A DNA stretch of 64,000 nt from an uncultured delta proteobacterium (GCA_963704165.1 CAVPHD010000012.1:1-64000); one strand, 5' to 3'. Shown: positions 1 through 15,770, counted from the stretch's first letter. Numbers and translations: made by a program. Notes: generated from the letters alone by a model not told the origin.

Positions 1-2387
<2,387 letters not shown>

Positions 2388-2426
2388 ACGCCGCCAACGC
2401 CGGGCAAGCATGCTGATGAGGCAGGC

Positions 2427-3265
2427 ATGACGATGCGGTTTCCAGCCGAACGCTATCTGGACTGCCTCGGCATCGGTGCGGTGACGCCCGATGCGGACGG
2501 GCTTGCGCGCCTGCAGTCGGCGCAATTGCACGCCTTTGCGTTCGCCAATCTCGACAGCTATCTCGGCGCCACGCCGTCGCTCGACCTGGCGGCGATCCTG
2601 GAGAAGATGATCGTCGACAAGCGCGGCGGCTACTGCTTCGAGCAGAACCTCCTGTTCGACGCCGCCTTGCGCCATTTCGGCTTCGACGTGACGCGCATCA
2701 TGGCGCGTGTGCGCATGGGCCGACCGCGCGGCGGTGCACGCTCGCATCTCGCCATGAAGGTCGCGATCGGCAGCGATCGCTGTGCTGGCAGACAGCGGTT
2801 TTGGCGGCCCGGCGCCCAACGCGGCCGCTGCGTCTTTCGGTAGGCGAGCGAACAGGCCGACACCTATGGCCTTTTCCGTCTGGTCGCCGATGATGAAACC
2901 GGAGAAACCGTGTTGCAGCGCCGCAAGCCCGATGACGGCTGGTTCGATCTCTACGGTTTCATCGAGGAACGCGTGCAGGACGACGACATCGAGGCCGGCA
3001 ACGTGCTGTGCTCGGCCTGGGCCGCGACACCCGATCGCCAGCCACCTGATCCTCAGCCGGCGTTCGGCCAGCGGCCACGTCGGCGTGCGCGACACCACCG
3101 TCACCGACACCGCCGCCGGTCGGCATCGACACGATCACGCAGATTGCGACGCCGCGCGCGCTTGCCGATCTGCTACGCAATCGCATCGCCATCGTCGGTC
3201 AGCGACATTCGAGCTTGACCGGATCGGCGCGCGGGCTGGGCATCAAGGACGACGTGGCCGCCTGA
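2427..3265 (+). CDS. Arylamine N-acetyltransferase family protein (frameshifted)
   Basis: FAFANLD and RGGYCFEQN catalytic Cys motif, then SHLAM and ADSGFGG (His/Asp triad region). Confidence 0.85.
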
Positions 3266-3320
3266 GCGCGCTTTTCGCGCAGCAGCGACAGCAGACAATG
3301 CAGGGACCGGAGCATCGACA

Positions 3321-4783
3321 ATGGGCAAGGTAACCGGTTTTCTCGAAATCGACCGGCAGCGCACGAAGTACCAGCCGGCGTCCGACCGCATCCGGCATTT
3401 CCGCGAGTTCACCCTGCCGATGTCGGACGAGGAGTGGTCAGAAGCAGGCGGCGCGCTGCATGGATTGCGGCGTTCCCTATTGCCACGGCCCGACCGGCTG
3501 CCCGGTCCACAACCAGATCCCCGACTGGAACGATCTCGTCTACAACGGCGATTGGGAAGAGGCGATCCGCAACCTGCACTCCACCAACAACTTCCCCGAA
3601 TTCACCGGCCGCATCTGCCCGGCGCCGTGCGAGGAGGCCTGCACGCTGAACCTCGAAGACGCGCCGGTCGCCATCAAGACGGTCGAAGCAGGCCATTGCC
3701 GACAAGGCCTACGAGCTCGGCTGGGTCGCGCCGCAGCCCGCCGAAACGCAAAACCGGCAAGACGGTCGCGATCATCGGCTCCGGCCCCGCCGGCATGGCC
3801 GCGGCGCAGCAGCTGGCCCGTGCCGGCCATGATGTGCATGTCTATGAGCGCGAGAGCCGACGCCGGCGGCCTGCTGCGCTACGGCATTCCCGACTTCAAG
3901 ATGGAGAAGCATCACATCGACCGCCGCGTCGAGCAGATGGAAGCCGAAGGCGTGACCTTCCACTGCAACGTCAATATCGGCGTCGACAATCGCGTCGCAG
4001 GAATCTGCTCGGCCATGGACGTACGATGCGGTGCTGTATCGCCGGCGGCTCGGAAACAGCCGCGCGATCCCGGCATTGCCGGGCAGGACCTCGAGCGGCG
4101 TGCACTGACGCCATGCCCTATCCTGGTGCAGCAGAACCAGCGCGTGGGCGGCGAAGACATCGCCAGATCGCCTGGCCGTCGACCGATTCTTGCCGGCGGC
4201 AAGCATGTGGTGGTGATCGGCGGCGGCGATACGGCGTCCGACTGCGTCGGCACCTCCTTCCGCCAGGGCGCGCTGTCGGTGACCCAGCTCGACATCCGCC
4301 CGCAGCCGCCGGAAGAGGAAGACAAGCTGACCGTCTGGCCCTACTGGGCGACCAAGATGCGCACATCCTCCGCGCAGGCCGAAGGCGCGGAGCGCGAGTT
4401 CTCGGTCGCGACGCTTGGCATGGGCGGCGAAGAACGGCGTGCTGACCGGCGTGAAGTGCGCGCGGTCGACGAGAAGCGCAAGCCGATCGCCGGAACCGAG
4501 TTCATCATCCGGGCCGATCTGGTGCTTCATCGCCATCGGCTTTTCCGGGCCGATCGACGAACGGCATTGCTCGATGCAGTTCGGCGCAGAGCTTTCCCGC
4601 GACCGCGCGCGACAACATTCGTGGCCAACGACGAGGACTACCAGACCTCGGTCGACGAAGCTGTATGCGGCCGGCGACGTGCGCCGTGGCCAGTCCCTGG
4701 TGGTCTGGGCAATCCGCGAAGGTCGCCAGGCGGCCCGCGCCATCGACCAGGATCTGATGGGCGCAACGATCCTGCCGCGCTGA
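3321..4783 (+). CDS. gltD: Glutamate synthase small subunit (frameshifted)
   Basis: [72 protein letters not shown]. Confidence 0.95.
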
Positions 4784-4799
4784 TCCGGCCGCGGTACGA

Positions 4800-6000
4800 C
4801 CGGTCCCCCGTGAGAAAGCTGGCGGCACAGACACCTTGGCGCTGCTTCGTCGGTTGCGTCTGCTCGTCGGCTCGGCTGCCAGCCTTCGTCCCGTCCGCTG
4901 GCACACCGCCAACCGTCGGCAACGCCACACCCTCCACCACACCTGCTGGTACGCGCTTTCCTCGTCCTTGGCTTGACGGGCGTCTCGTCTGGTCCACCGG
5001 CGAGAGCACCCGCTTCCCGCCGCGATCGGCCCGGTCAGGTCGATCACGTAGCCGATCCTGGTCTCGCGCGGGTCGGGCCGCCGGTGCTTGTGCCGATCAG
5101 CCCGGCAGCATCGCAGCGAGCCGTCGTGCCCAGCAAGCGCCCACCTGCCGTTCCACGTAGAATGCCATCTTTGCGCGATCCCGCACGGGTGAAGTTGACC
5201 CATCATTGCGACGCATCAGACGCTTCGCTGCCCGTTGAGTCAGGCCCGTAGGCGGCGTCGCGCTCGTTCTCGTCGAGGAAGCTCGTCCATATATCGAGGA
5301 ACGATGCCGCCGCGATCTTCGACGCTTCACGGTAGAGCCCGTTGAGATGGAGAAAATCCGTTCGCATCTTGCTCGAGCTCGACGGCGCCAGACCGACCCA
5401 TATGATCGGGATCCTCGGCTCGAAACGGTATCCAGGATGTGGGTGATCCGCGATTTGTACAGCGTTTCCCACTCCGGCGACCGGAACGGTGGCGCTCCCG
5501 CTCGTACGCATGCGCTGCCGGTCATTGATCCCGATCGACATCACACTACGTCGATCCGCGTGCCTTGTCGGCCAGCGTCTCGTCGATCTTGGCCGGCCAG
5601 TCGAAGAGATCGTCGCGTACCAGACCGGATGACCCTCGGCGATCGAGTCAGACGGTGATCGTCGTGTCTTCTGCCAGCGTCTCTTCAAGACCCTTGGTAA
5701 GCCCGCGGCCACCGATCGCCGAACACCATCACCACGCGCGCGTCGGGGTCTTTTGGCTTGGACTTCGACCTTGGGCACCGCCGGCTCGGCGCTACGCGGT
5801 GCGGGCGCTTTTCCGGCGCGGTTTTCACGGCGCTTCTGACCCCGTCCGCCCGAAGAGTGCCACGGAAAAATTTCGCCAGCGGATCGACTTGTGCCAGTTG
5901 CACGATCGCCTCGGCCTGCGCGCCTGCACGCGTCGCGCTTGACGGCGCCGCCAGCAGGGCTGCAGCGCAGCAGGCCGCCGAGTCGTCATCGCACGGAAAT
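4800..6000 (-). CDS. SGNH/GDSL-like (DUF459-type) protein; frameshifted, boundaries approximate
   Basis: Fragments KDPDARVVMVFGD, SIGINDRQ, PIIWVGLAP, LNGLYRE, FLDIW...GPD; sits beside the lytic transglycosylase as in Rhizobiales. Confidence 0.65.
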
Positions 6001-6181
6001 ATGCCTGATCCTGCGAATGGCGCATAACATTGTCCCCTGCTTCCACCGCGCCCGCCGCGCATCGGCGCGACCCTAGTCCGTGGCTCGGCAGGTGCGAAAG
6101 CGGTTCGCCGCCACCTGCTGTGCGCTAGCGGCAATGCTTGCGGCAAACTGGGGCAAGTCATATGCGGCTTCGCCCGCGCCG

Positions 6182-7404
6182 TCAACTATCACCGCGCATG
6201 TCCGTTTCAGCACGGCCTGGCTGGAAACCCGTCGCCGACACGCCCGAGGCCTGCTGGATAGGCCCGGATCGCGGCCCGTGTCTTCGGGCCGGCCTTGCCG
6301 TCGGCTCACCGGTGTCGAAACCGCGCCGTGTCAGCAGCGTCTGCAGCTCCTCGGTGTCCTTGCGGCTCATCCCGGTTCGCCCATCCGGCCAGGATCTTCT
6401 CGAAGGGCCCGCCGCCGATGATCCGGTCGGCGAGATGTCCGACACCAAGGGCACAGGCCGTGGCATTGTTGTAGCGCTTGATGACCTTGAAGTTCGGCGG
6501 GCAGCATCAGGAACGCCGGACCACGCGCACCGGCGGGCACGACCAGGATGGCGCGTGTCGCCGGGACCGGGAAGGCCCGCGTCCGCGTGGCCGCGTGACG
6601 CCAAGCTTGCGCCATTCGGCGAGGCGTCGTCGGTGCGCTGCGTCAGGCGGGCGCCGGTGAGTTGAAGTTGCGCGGCAGACCCACCTCGTAGCCCCAGGTC
6701 TCGCCGGGCCGCCAGCCGCTCTCCGCAGGTAGTTCGCGGTCGAGGCGAGCGCGTCGGGAAGTTGCACCAGATGTCTGCCTGCCGTCGCCGTCGAAGTCGA
6801 CCGCTAGCTGCGGTAGCTCGAGGGCATGAACTGGGTGTGGCCCATGGCGCCGGCCCAGGAGCCCTTCCGTCTTTCGCCGGGTGTCGTATGCCGCTCTCCA
6901 GGATCACCAGCGCGTTCAGCGAACTCCTTGCCGAAGAAGTTCCCCGATAACGGTTGTAGGCAAGCGTCGCCAGCGCCCGGATGGCGTTGTTCTGGCCCCA
7001 TGTAGCCGCCATAGTTCGTCTCCATGCCCCACACGGCCGACACCACCTGCCCCTCGACACCGAAGCGCTGTTCGATGTTGGCGATCACCCACGGTACTGT
7101 CGCAGATTCGCACGCCGCTTCTCGACCCGGTTGTCGGACACTGCTGTCGCAGATATTGCCAGATCGGCCTGACGAATTCCGCCTGCTTCTTGGTCAGCGC
7201 GATCACCTTGGGATCAGGCGTCACGCCGCGAAAGGCGCTTTGGTAGGTGGACTGACTGACACCCTTGGCGCGCGCTTCCGGCCACAGACCATTGACGAAG
7301 CGGTTGAAGTCGGCGGCAGCCGGTGTGGCCGCAGCCGAGATGGAATTCAACGCAGCGAAGACGCTTGCAATCAGGCGGTTGAGGGGCATCTGGGGGACAT
7401 CCAT
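6182..7404 (-). CDS. Lytic murein transglycosylase (MltB-like) with C-terminal peptidoglycan-binding domain (frameshifted)
   Basis: Signal peptide, [45 protein letters not shown]. Confidence 0.85.
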
Positions 7405-7425
7405 GGTTGAGGCAGGCTTCGAGGG

Positions 7426-8422
7426 TCAGGCGACGGACTTGCGGGGCGCAAGCTTGAGTTCCCAGCTCGTCGTCGCCAACGATCAGGTCCAGATCGGCAC
7501 GTTGTGGCTGCCAGCCGAGGCCATCGCGGATGGCTGTGGCGCCGGCCACCAATGCTGGCGGGTCGCCGGCGCGGCGCGGCGCCATGCGCACCTCGAAATC
7601 GACGCCCGAGACGCGCTTCACCGCGTCGATCACGTCGAGCACCGAATAGCCCGGCCGTAGCCGCAGTTGAGCGTCGGCACTCGCCGCCGGCGCGCAGGTG
7701 ATCGAGCGCCAGCACATGCGCGCGGACCAGATCGGTGACGTGGATGTAGTCGCGGATGCAGGTGCCGTCCGGCGTCGGATAGTCGGTGCCGAAGACCTCA
7801 AGATGCGCGCGCTCGCCGAGCGCGTCTCGCTGGCGACCTTGATCAGATGGGTGGCGCGCGGCGTCGACTGGCCGGCGCGGCCCTGCGGGTCGGCGCCGGC
7901 GACGTTGAAGTAGCGCAGCGCCACATAGCGAGAGGCATGTGCGCGCGCGCCGCATCGGCAGCATCATCTCGGTCATCAGCTTGGAGCGGCCATAGGGCGA
8001 GATCGGGCGCCAGCAGCGCGCATCCTCGCCGACCGGGATTCGCGGCGGGCATGCCGTAGACCGCCGCGGTCGAGGAGAAGATGAAGTGCGCGCACGCCGC
8101 GATGCGACCGCCGCTCGATCAGGGCGCGCGACTTGACGGTGTTGTTGTGGTAGTAGCCGAGCGGATCGGCGACCGATTCCGGCACCACGATCGAGCCGGC
8201 GAAATGGATGATGGCGTCGACGCCGTGCTCGCGACCAGCTGCGCCGACCAGCTCCTGGTCGCCGCACGTCGCCGACGACCAGTGGGCCTCCGGCGCGACC
8301 GCCCAGCGCGAAGCCGGTCGAGAGGTTGTCGAGCACGACGACGTCTTCGCCCGGCATCGATCAGCCGCCAGCACCATGTGGCTGCCGATGTAGCCGGCGC
8401 CGCCGGTGACCAGAACGGTCAT
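7426..8422 (-). CDS. galE: UDP-glucose 4-epimerase (frameshifted)
   Basis: [61 protein letters not shown]. Confidence 0.93.
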
Positions 8423-8570
8423 GTTCTCTCCCGCGATGCTGCCTGACGGCAACGCAACTCTTGTAGGCGATGTCGCCTGACATCGTCAACCGGACACAGG
8501 ACTTTTCGAAATCCGGTACTCATGATCGGTTAGCAGGTCAATCCAGTTTCCGCCGCCAAGAAACCCCGTC

Positions 8571-9449
8571 ATCCCGATCCGCAAGGCCGTCTTCCCCGTC
8601 GCCGGCCTCGGCACCCGCTTCCTGCCGGCCACCAAGGCGATGCCGAAGGAAATGCTGACGGTCGTCGACCGGCCGGTGATCCAGCACGTCGTCGACGAGG
8701 CGCGCGAGGCCGGCATCGAGCACTTCATCTTCGTCACCGGCCGCAACAAGGGCGTCATCGAGGACCATTTCGACATCCAGTTCGAACTCGAGGCGACGCT
8801 GCGCGCGGCGCGGCAAGACCGCCGAGCTGGCGAGCTCGCCGAAGGACCTGCCCGGGCCCGGCCAGACCGAGCTTCACCCGCCAGCAGGAGCCGCTCGGCC
8901 TCGGCCACGCCGTCTGGTGCGCGCGCGACATCGTCGGCGACGAGCCCTTCGCGCTGCTGCTGCCCGACATGCTGCTTCGCAGCGAACGCCGGGCTGCCTG
9001 AAGCAGATGATCGAGGCCTACGAGGAGACCGGCGGCAACATCATCGCGGTCGAGGAAGTCGATCCGACCAGGACGTCTCCGCAGAACTACGGCATCGTCG
9101 CCGGTCGGCGAGGGCGCCGGCCACGGCTTTCGCATCACCGGCATGGTGGAGAAGCCCAGGCGCCGGGCACCGCCCCCTCAACCTCTTCATCTCCGGCCGC
9201 TACATCCTGCAGCCGGAGATCTTCGATCTGCTCGGCGCATCGAACAGGGTGCTGGAGAAATTAAGTGGACCGACGCTGACGTCCGGATCACCGGAGGCAG
9301 ACGTTCACTGGCGTCAAGTTGAGGGGCGGCTATTTGATTGCGGCAGCAAGATCGGTTTCCTGACCGCCAATGTGGCGTTTGCCCTGGCGCGCGACGACAT
9401 CGCACCGGAGTTCCGTGCAGCCTTGAACGATCTGATCAAGGTCGAGTAG
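8571..9449 (+). CDS. galU: UTP--glucose-1-phosphate uridylyltransferase (frameshifted, start approximate)
   Basis: [66 protein letters not shown]. Confidence 0.92.
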   Translation: MPIRKAVFPVAGLGTRFLPATKAMPKEMLTVVDRPVIQHVVDEAREAGIEHFIFVTGRNKGVIEDHFDIQFELEATLRAARQDRRAGELAEGPARARPDRASPASRSRSASATPSGARATSSATSPSRCCCPTCCFAANAGLPEADDRGLRGDRRQHHRGRGSRSDQDVSAELRHRRRSARAPATAFASPAWWRSPGAGHRPLNLFISGRYILQPEIFDLLGASNRVLEKLSGPTLTSGSPEADVHWRQVEGRLFDCGSKIGFLTANVAFALARDDIAPEFRAALNDLIKVE

Positions 9450-9484
9450 CCGTCCGGCAATTGCCGGACGCAGGTCAGCAGGCA

Positions 9485-11155
9485 TCAGCGCTGCAGACGC
9501 AATCCCATTGTCACCGTTGTCTCGTCACTTGACGCGCCGTCGCCACTGGCATGTTCGTGGGTGACATCGGCCACAAGAGCCATCATCCGGTTGAGACGAT
9601 ACTCACCACCGGCTTCGAGCCTCAACGTGTTGCTGGAATCGTCGATGTCGAAGCCGACACCGGCGGTCAGAATGACGTTGCGGCGCAAGGCATGGGCAAT
9701 GCCGGCGCGCAGCGAATAGGCCGCGAAACCACCGTCACCGCCGCTGACGCTTTCATGGATCTCGGATTCGGCCGTGAAGGTGAGCGTCGTCAGTGCGCTC
9801 GCCTCCCAGATCAGCGCACCGCGGACCGGCAGTTCGTCGATCGGATCATAGGAAGGTTCATCCGGCGACTGGCGCTGATAGCCGATCCCGGCCTCGCCCG
9901 ACAGCTTTCCACCCATGCCAAACGTCGCGGCCAGGAGTCAGAACCGACACACCATCCGACCCCAGCCGCAGTCCGCCACTGGACACATCTGTTGCGTAGT
10001 CGCGCGTGTTGATGCCAGCTTGCGCAAACACGCCCAGCCGGTCGGTAATCTCGTAGTCAAGACGCAAATCACCGGCATATTCGCGGTAATCCTGCTCGCT
10101 GCCATCGACCGGCGCGCCGCCGCCCGAAACCCATGTCTCGCCATAGGCAAAGTCCGTGATCGTGCCTGTCACGGTTGCCAGGAAGCGCCCGAAGCGGCGG
10201 CTCAAGGCCGTGACCATCGATACCTCGTCGACAGACGTTTCCTCAAGTGCGGTCGCCGGCAGGTCCGGGTCGGTCGGATTGACCCGGTCGCGCGCATAAG
10301 CGAGTTCGAAACGGGCTACCGTATCGCGGTTGATATCAAGTCGCAGGCCAGCACTTGCATCAAAGCGGGTATCGCTCGAGGGATCACCACTGGAACTTCC
10401 TGATGCACAGCACCGATGCCCTGGCGCTCAACTCATGCCGGCTCCAGTCGCTGACGATCGCGACATCAGGCTGCAAGCGCAGGAAGTCGCTGTCCTCGCC
10501 GGGATCGCTCGCGGTATGTCCGCCACGGATTTCTATCGATGGGGTGACCGTGAAGCTGCCGGCGCGCAAACCCAGCGGTGCATAGGGGTCTTCGACAGAC
10601 GCGCGGGCACGGCGCGCAAACCCCGCCCCAGTGTCCTGATCGAATTCCGGCACCAGATCATCTTCACCGACGGCGTCGATCACCCGGCGCAATCTCCAGG
10701 CCATCTCTGGTGCCATCATCTCGCTGTTGCTGACCGCGCGGCGTGAACACGCCATTGGTGTCGAGCGCCCGCGACCGGTCTCGACCGGCACGCGGCGCCA
10801 GTCCCGAGGCCTGGCTGCGTGACAACTGACCATCCGCTGCCGGTTGGCTATTGGTACCGGGTCGGGCAACACCGATACGTCCCGCCGCTTCTCCACCTCT
10901 CGAGCGCTGCCAGGGTTCACTGCGATATGGGAAGTCGCGGGCGGTTGGGCGCCTGGCCGGTTCCCGCGCGCGGCGATTGCGAGGCCTGGCCCGGGGTCTG
11001 CCACGCCGGTTGTGTATTGGACGGGGCGCCACCACCGGCGGCCGTCGAGCTGGCCATGCCGAGGTCGACTGCGCCTGTGCGTGATGCACGCCGCCCGTTG
11101 CCGCCAGCAGCAGACCGGCCAGCAAACCAGATCGGAACGGGAAACGATTTCGCAC
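9485..11155 (-). CDS. Outer-membrane beta-barrel protein (frameshifted)
   Basis: Signal peptide, DPYAPLGLRAGSF, SDWSRHEL, alternating beta strands, C-terminal GLRLQR; position between galU and kpsF matches Rhizobiales. Confidence 0.7.
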
Positions 11156-11245
11156 GATACAAGGCCTTGCCGGTGCGGGGCTGGATGTCAGTCAACCGCC
11201 GTCCGCACATCGCATTGCAGGGCTTACGTGATGCACGATTTATGG

Positions 11246-11260
11246 TTAATGGCGCGTTAA
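11246..11260. promoter_or_regulatory. CtrA-binding box (TTAA-N7-TTAA)
   Basis: TTAAtggcgcgTTAA; the minus strand reads TTAAC-N6-TTAACCAT; lies between the divergent beta-barrel and kpsF genes. Confidence 0.75.
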
Positions 11261-11375
11261 ATCGGCTTGTGTCTGTCAGCCACGTCAACCCTGTCTGGCG
11301 GCGCCTGCCACGATCTGCTACCACCGCGCCAATACGGCCAATCCTGAAACAACGCGGACCGCGTCGAGACATGCG

Positions 11376-12373
11376 ATGACAGCCAATCCAACTGGCAGAC
11401 GCCCGACACTGATGCCGCCGCTTTCGGCCCGGCGCACGGTTGCCACCGAGCGCAGCGGCTTGGATGCCTTTTGCTTGATGCGCTCGACAACGGTCTGGCG
11501 CGCCCGTGGCCGAGGCGGTCGCCTGCATCAGCCAGGCGAGAGGCCGCGTCATCGTCACCGGCATGGGCAAGAGCGGCCATGTCGGCCTGAAGGTCGCCGC
11601 CACGCTCTCCTCGACCGGCACGCCGGCCTTTTTCGTGCATCCGAGCGAGGCGAGCCACGGCGATCTCGGCATGATCACCCGCGACGACGTGATCCTGGCC
11701 TTGTCCTGGTCGGGCGAGACCCGCGAGCTCGGCTCTATCATCTACTATTCGCGCCGCTTCCGCGTGCCGCTGATCGCCATGACCTCGCGCAGGGTCCACC
11801 CTGGCAAGGCCGCCGGACGTGGCTCTGGTGCTGCCCGACGCGCAAGGAAGCCTGCCCGCACGGCCTCGCGCCCACCACCTCGACCGTGATGCAGCTCGCG
11901 CTCGGCGATGCCTCGCCATGGCGCTGCTCGAGAGCAAGGGCTTCACCGCCGCGACTTCAAGGTGTTCCATCCCGGCGGCCAGCTCGGCGCCCGTCTGAAC
12001 TTCGTCGGCGACCTCATGCACGGCGGCGACGCGCTGCCGCTGCGGCCGCCGACATGCCGATGCAGAGGCCCTCGTGGTGATGACCGAGAAGCCGTTCGGC
12101 TGCCTCGGCGTGGTCGATGCCGAACGGCCGGCTTGTCGGGCATCATCACCGACGGCGATTTGCGCCGGCATATGGGCGACGACGCTCTTGTCGCGGCGCG
12201 TCGGCGAGATCATGACCGCGAACCCGAAGACCGTGCGCCCCGACACATTGGCCGCGCCGCGCTGGAAATGCATCAACGCATCCAAGATCACCGCGCTGTT
12301 CGTCGTCGAGGACGGCCGGCCACCCGTCGGCATCATCCACATCCACGACCTGCTGCGCGCCGGCGTCGCCTGA
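11376..12373 (+). CDS. kdsD: KpsF/GutQ arabinose-5-phosphate isomerase (SIS + CBS domains), frameshifted
   Basis: GRVIVTGMGKSGH, FFVHPSEASHGDLG, SWSGET, FHPGGQLG, GIITDGDLRR, HIHDLLRAGV. Confidence 0.9.
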
Positions 12374-12409
12374 CCCGCCGGCCGACGCATCACCCGTGAG
12401 GCATCGGCC

Positions 12410-12424
12410 TTAAGCGTTGATTAG
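12410..12424. promoter_or_regulatory. Near-consensus CtrA box upstream of the stator genes
   Basis: TTAAgcgttgaTTAG (7 of 8 consensus bases), about 70 nt before the motA ATG. Confidence 0.5.
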
Positions 12425-12495
12425 GAAGCACACGGCTAGTCTGTCCGCAGAAGGCGCCAAGCGCGCGCTTCGCGCAATTCGCGGTGGGCGGATTC

Positions 12496-13268
12496 ATGGA
12501 TCTGGCAACGATCATCGGCATTGTGTTCGGCTCGTTCGTGGTCGGGCTCGCCATCTTTCTGGGTGGCGAGATCGCTGCATTCGTCGACATGCCGTCGGTT
12601 CTGATCGTCATCGGTGGCGCCGCGGCGGCAACGCTTCGTGCGGTTTCCCCTCGGCAAGTGTTCTCGGCCGCTGATCCTGCGGGCGGCCGCGTCGCCTTCA
12701 CCACCGCCGGGTCGAGTCCGCACGATATGATCGAGGAAATTGCCAGCCTGGCCGACATCAGCCGCAAGCAGGGCCCGCTCGGCCTCGAGAGTGTCGAGGT
12801 CGACCACGAGTTCCTCGCCAAGGGTGTCCAGTACATCGCCGACGGCTACGACCAGGACTTCATCCGCGAGTCGCTGGAGCGCGAACGCGACCTGATGCTG
12901 GAGCGCCTGGAGGACGGCCAGCGCATCTTCAAGGCGATCGGTGACGCCGCGCCCGCCTTCGGCATGATCGGCACGCTTGTCGGTCTGGTGCCGATGCTTG
13001 CCAACATGGACGACCCCTCGACGATCGGCCCGTCCATGGCCATCGCCCTGCTGACGACGCTCTATGGCGCCGTCATCGCCAACCTCGTCTGCCTGCCGAT
13101 CTCCGACAAGCTGGACTGCAAGGCCAAGATCGAGGAGGTCAACCTGACCTTGATCCTCGACGGCGTCATGCAGATCCGCGACACCAAGAGCCCGGCCTCG
13201 TGCGCGAGATGCTGACTTCCTACCTGCCCGAGAAGCAGCGCGCCGCAATGGCCGAGGCCGCCGCCTGA
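12496..13268 (+). CDS. motA: Flagellar stator A subunit (PomA/MotA type)
   Basis: MDLATIIG, FVDMPSVLIVIGG, APAFGMIGTLVGLV, IGPSMAIALLTTLYG. Confidence 0.9.
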
Positions 13269-13290
13269 CGCGGCAGGGCCAGGCGCTGAC

Positions 13291-14160
13291 ATGGCACGCA
13301 AGAAGAAGGCAGCGACAGCGCCGGCGCGCCGGAATGGATCGTCACCTTCGCCGATCTGATGTCGCTGCTCGTCTGCTTCTTCGTGCTGATCATTTCCTTC
13401 TCGATCCAGGACAAGCAGAAGCTGCAGGTCGTTGCCGGTTCCATGCGCGACGCCTTCGGCGTCAAGAAGGACAGCCGCAAGGCCGGCATGATCGAGATCG
13501 AGGGCGCGCCGGTGCGCGACTACGTCAAGCAGGTCAGCGCTGGTCGAAAGGGAGAACGATTCCGACTTTGCCGAGGAACGGCCATGAACAGCGCCGCAAG
13601 CAGGGCCCGGAAGCCAACACCCACGAGATCGAGAAGACCGACATCGAGAAGCCGCGCCAGTTCGCCACCGCCGCCGTGTCGCTGCGCCAGGCCTGGCAGG
13701 AAATGCCGGAGATGATGGAAATCTCGAGCCAGATCATCGTCGAGGAAGTGCCCGACGGGCTGAACATCCAGCTCGTCGATCAGGACGGGCGTTCGATGTT
13801 CCCGGATGGGTCGAAGTCCCTATGAGCGCACCCGCATGATCCTGCGCGCCATGGCGCCGGTGATTGTCGCAGACTGCCCAACCGCATCTGATCACCGGCC
13901 ACACCAGTTCCGACCGCTCGCGAGGAACGCCCAGGCTATGGCCGCTGGGACCTGTCGGCCGACCGCGCCAACGCAGTGCGGCGCATGCTGGCAGAGTTCG
14001 GCGTCACCGACGACCGCTTCGCCGAAGTTTCGTCGGCAAGGCGGATCACCGATCCGCTGTTTCCCGACGACACGTTCCTCGCCGCCAACCGGCGCATCTC
14101 GATCCTGCTGCTGCACGAAGCGCCGCCACTGCCGCATCGATCACAAACCCTATCGTACGC
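13291..14160 (+). CDS. motB: Flagellar stator B subunit (PomB/MotB type), frameshifted
   Basis: WIVTFADLMSLLVCFFVLIISFS TM segment with the conserved Asp; OmpA-like C-terminus (ITGHT, WDLSADRANAVR, ANRRISILL). Confidence 0.88.
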
Positions 14161-14164
14161 TCGC

Positions 14165-14633
14165 TCAGGCCTCGGCGCTGTCAGCTTCCACGTTCAGCGT
14201 GCGCGCCATCGCGGACACGACGCGCACCCGCTTGCCCTCCGCCAGATCCGGCCCGCGCACCCGCCAGACAGTGTCGTTGATGCGCACCTTGCCGCGGCCG
14301 TTGAGGATTGGCTCGATCCAGCGTGAAGACCGCCCGACCAAGCCCTCGGCCCGCTTGTTGAGAAACGGCCGGTCCGAATGTTCTCGACCGTCCGCGCCGG
14401 CAAGCGGCGGTAGACCGACGACGCGTGGCGACCGACAGCATCGCCGAAGAAATGCAATTCAGCCTGCCAGGGCATGTCCGTGACAAAGCCGACCAGGCCC
14501 CGACGATCAACGCCGACGCACCCAGCCAAACAGGATCTGGCCCGGCATGCCAGGATTTCCAGCGCCGAGCAGATGCAAGGCCCGAGGATCAATCCAGGCC
14601 CAGGGACCCATGTCGAGATCGGACTGCGACCAT
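14165..14633 (-). CDS. NfeD family protein (frameshifted)
   Basis: Hydrophobic N-terminus, [30 protein letters not shown]; lies immediately downstream of the SPFH gene. Confidence 0.75.
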
Positions 14634-14639
14634 GCGATC

Positions 14640-15637
14640 GCTGCCCTGTGTCTTCTGCGCCGCTGCGCGGCACCCGGGATGCAGGTGCGAAGGCGGCTTT
14701 GTACCTGCCGCCATCGCGCCCGAACACATCCTTGGCGATCTCGCCGATGCCGGCGAGCGGCCGATCACCGAGGTGGCCTCGATCGGCAGGATCAGCACCT
14801 TCTGGTTCGGCGCGGACGCAAGTGCCTCGAGCGCCTCGATATATTTCTGGGCGACGAAATAGTTGATCGCCTGCGACGTCGCCGTCGGCGATCGCCTCGC
14901 GACACCATCTCGGTCGCCTTGGCTTCGGCTTCCGCCAGACGCTCGCGCGCCTCGGCGTCGCGGAAGGCGGCTTCCTGGCGGCCTTCGGCCTCCAGGATCT
15001 GCGCCTGCTTCGCGCCTTCGGCCTGCAGGATCTCGCGACTGCCGCTGGCCTTCGGCTTCGAGGATCTCGGCGCGCTTCTCGCGCTCGGCCTTCATCTGCC
15101 GGCCCATCGACTCGACCAGGTCGCGCGGCGGGTCGATGTCCTTGATCTCGATGCGGGTGATCTTGATGCCCCACGGCGTCGGCCGCCTCATCGACGACGT
15201 GCAGCAGCCGGTCGTTGATCTCGTCGCGATTGGACAGCAGCTCGTCGAGATCCATCGAGCCCATCACCGTACGGATGTTGGTCATGGTCAGGTTGAGGAT
15301 CGCGTTCTCGCAGATCGGACGACCTCGTAGGCGCGCCTGCGCCGCGTCGAGCACCTGGTAGAAGGCGACGCCGTCGACCGCGACCGTGGCGTTGTCCGGG
15401 TGATGACTTCCTGGGTCGGAACGTCGAGCACCTGCTCCATCATGTTCATCTTGCGCGCCGATGCGGTCGATGAACGGAACGATGAGGTTGAGGCCGGGCT
15501 GCAGCGTGCGGGTATAGCGGCCGAACCGCTCGACCGTGTAGTTGTAGCCCTGCGGCACCGTCTTGACGCCGGCAAACAGGACCAGCGATCAGCAGGACGA
15601 CAAGGACGAGACGCAATGAATATCGAAGTCCAAACAT
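14640..15637 (-). CDS. SPFH/band-7 (QmcA-like) protein (frameshifted)
   Basis: [66 protein letters not shown]. Confidence 0.88.
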
Positions 15638-15770
15638 GCGCGACTCTCCACTATGGCCGCGTATCGCCTGCCGGCGCAATGCCGTGCACGGTCGACAAGG
15701 GCAATAGCGCTGCACCGAACAGCGTCGCAGTCGGATGACGATCCTGATATTGCCGCGGTCCGCAGCGGTT

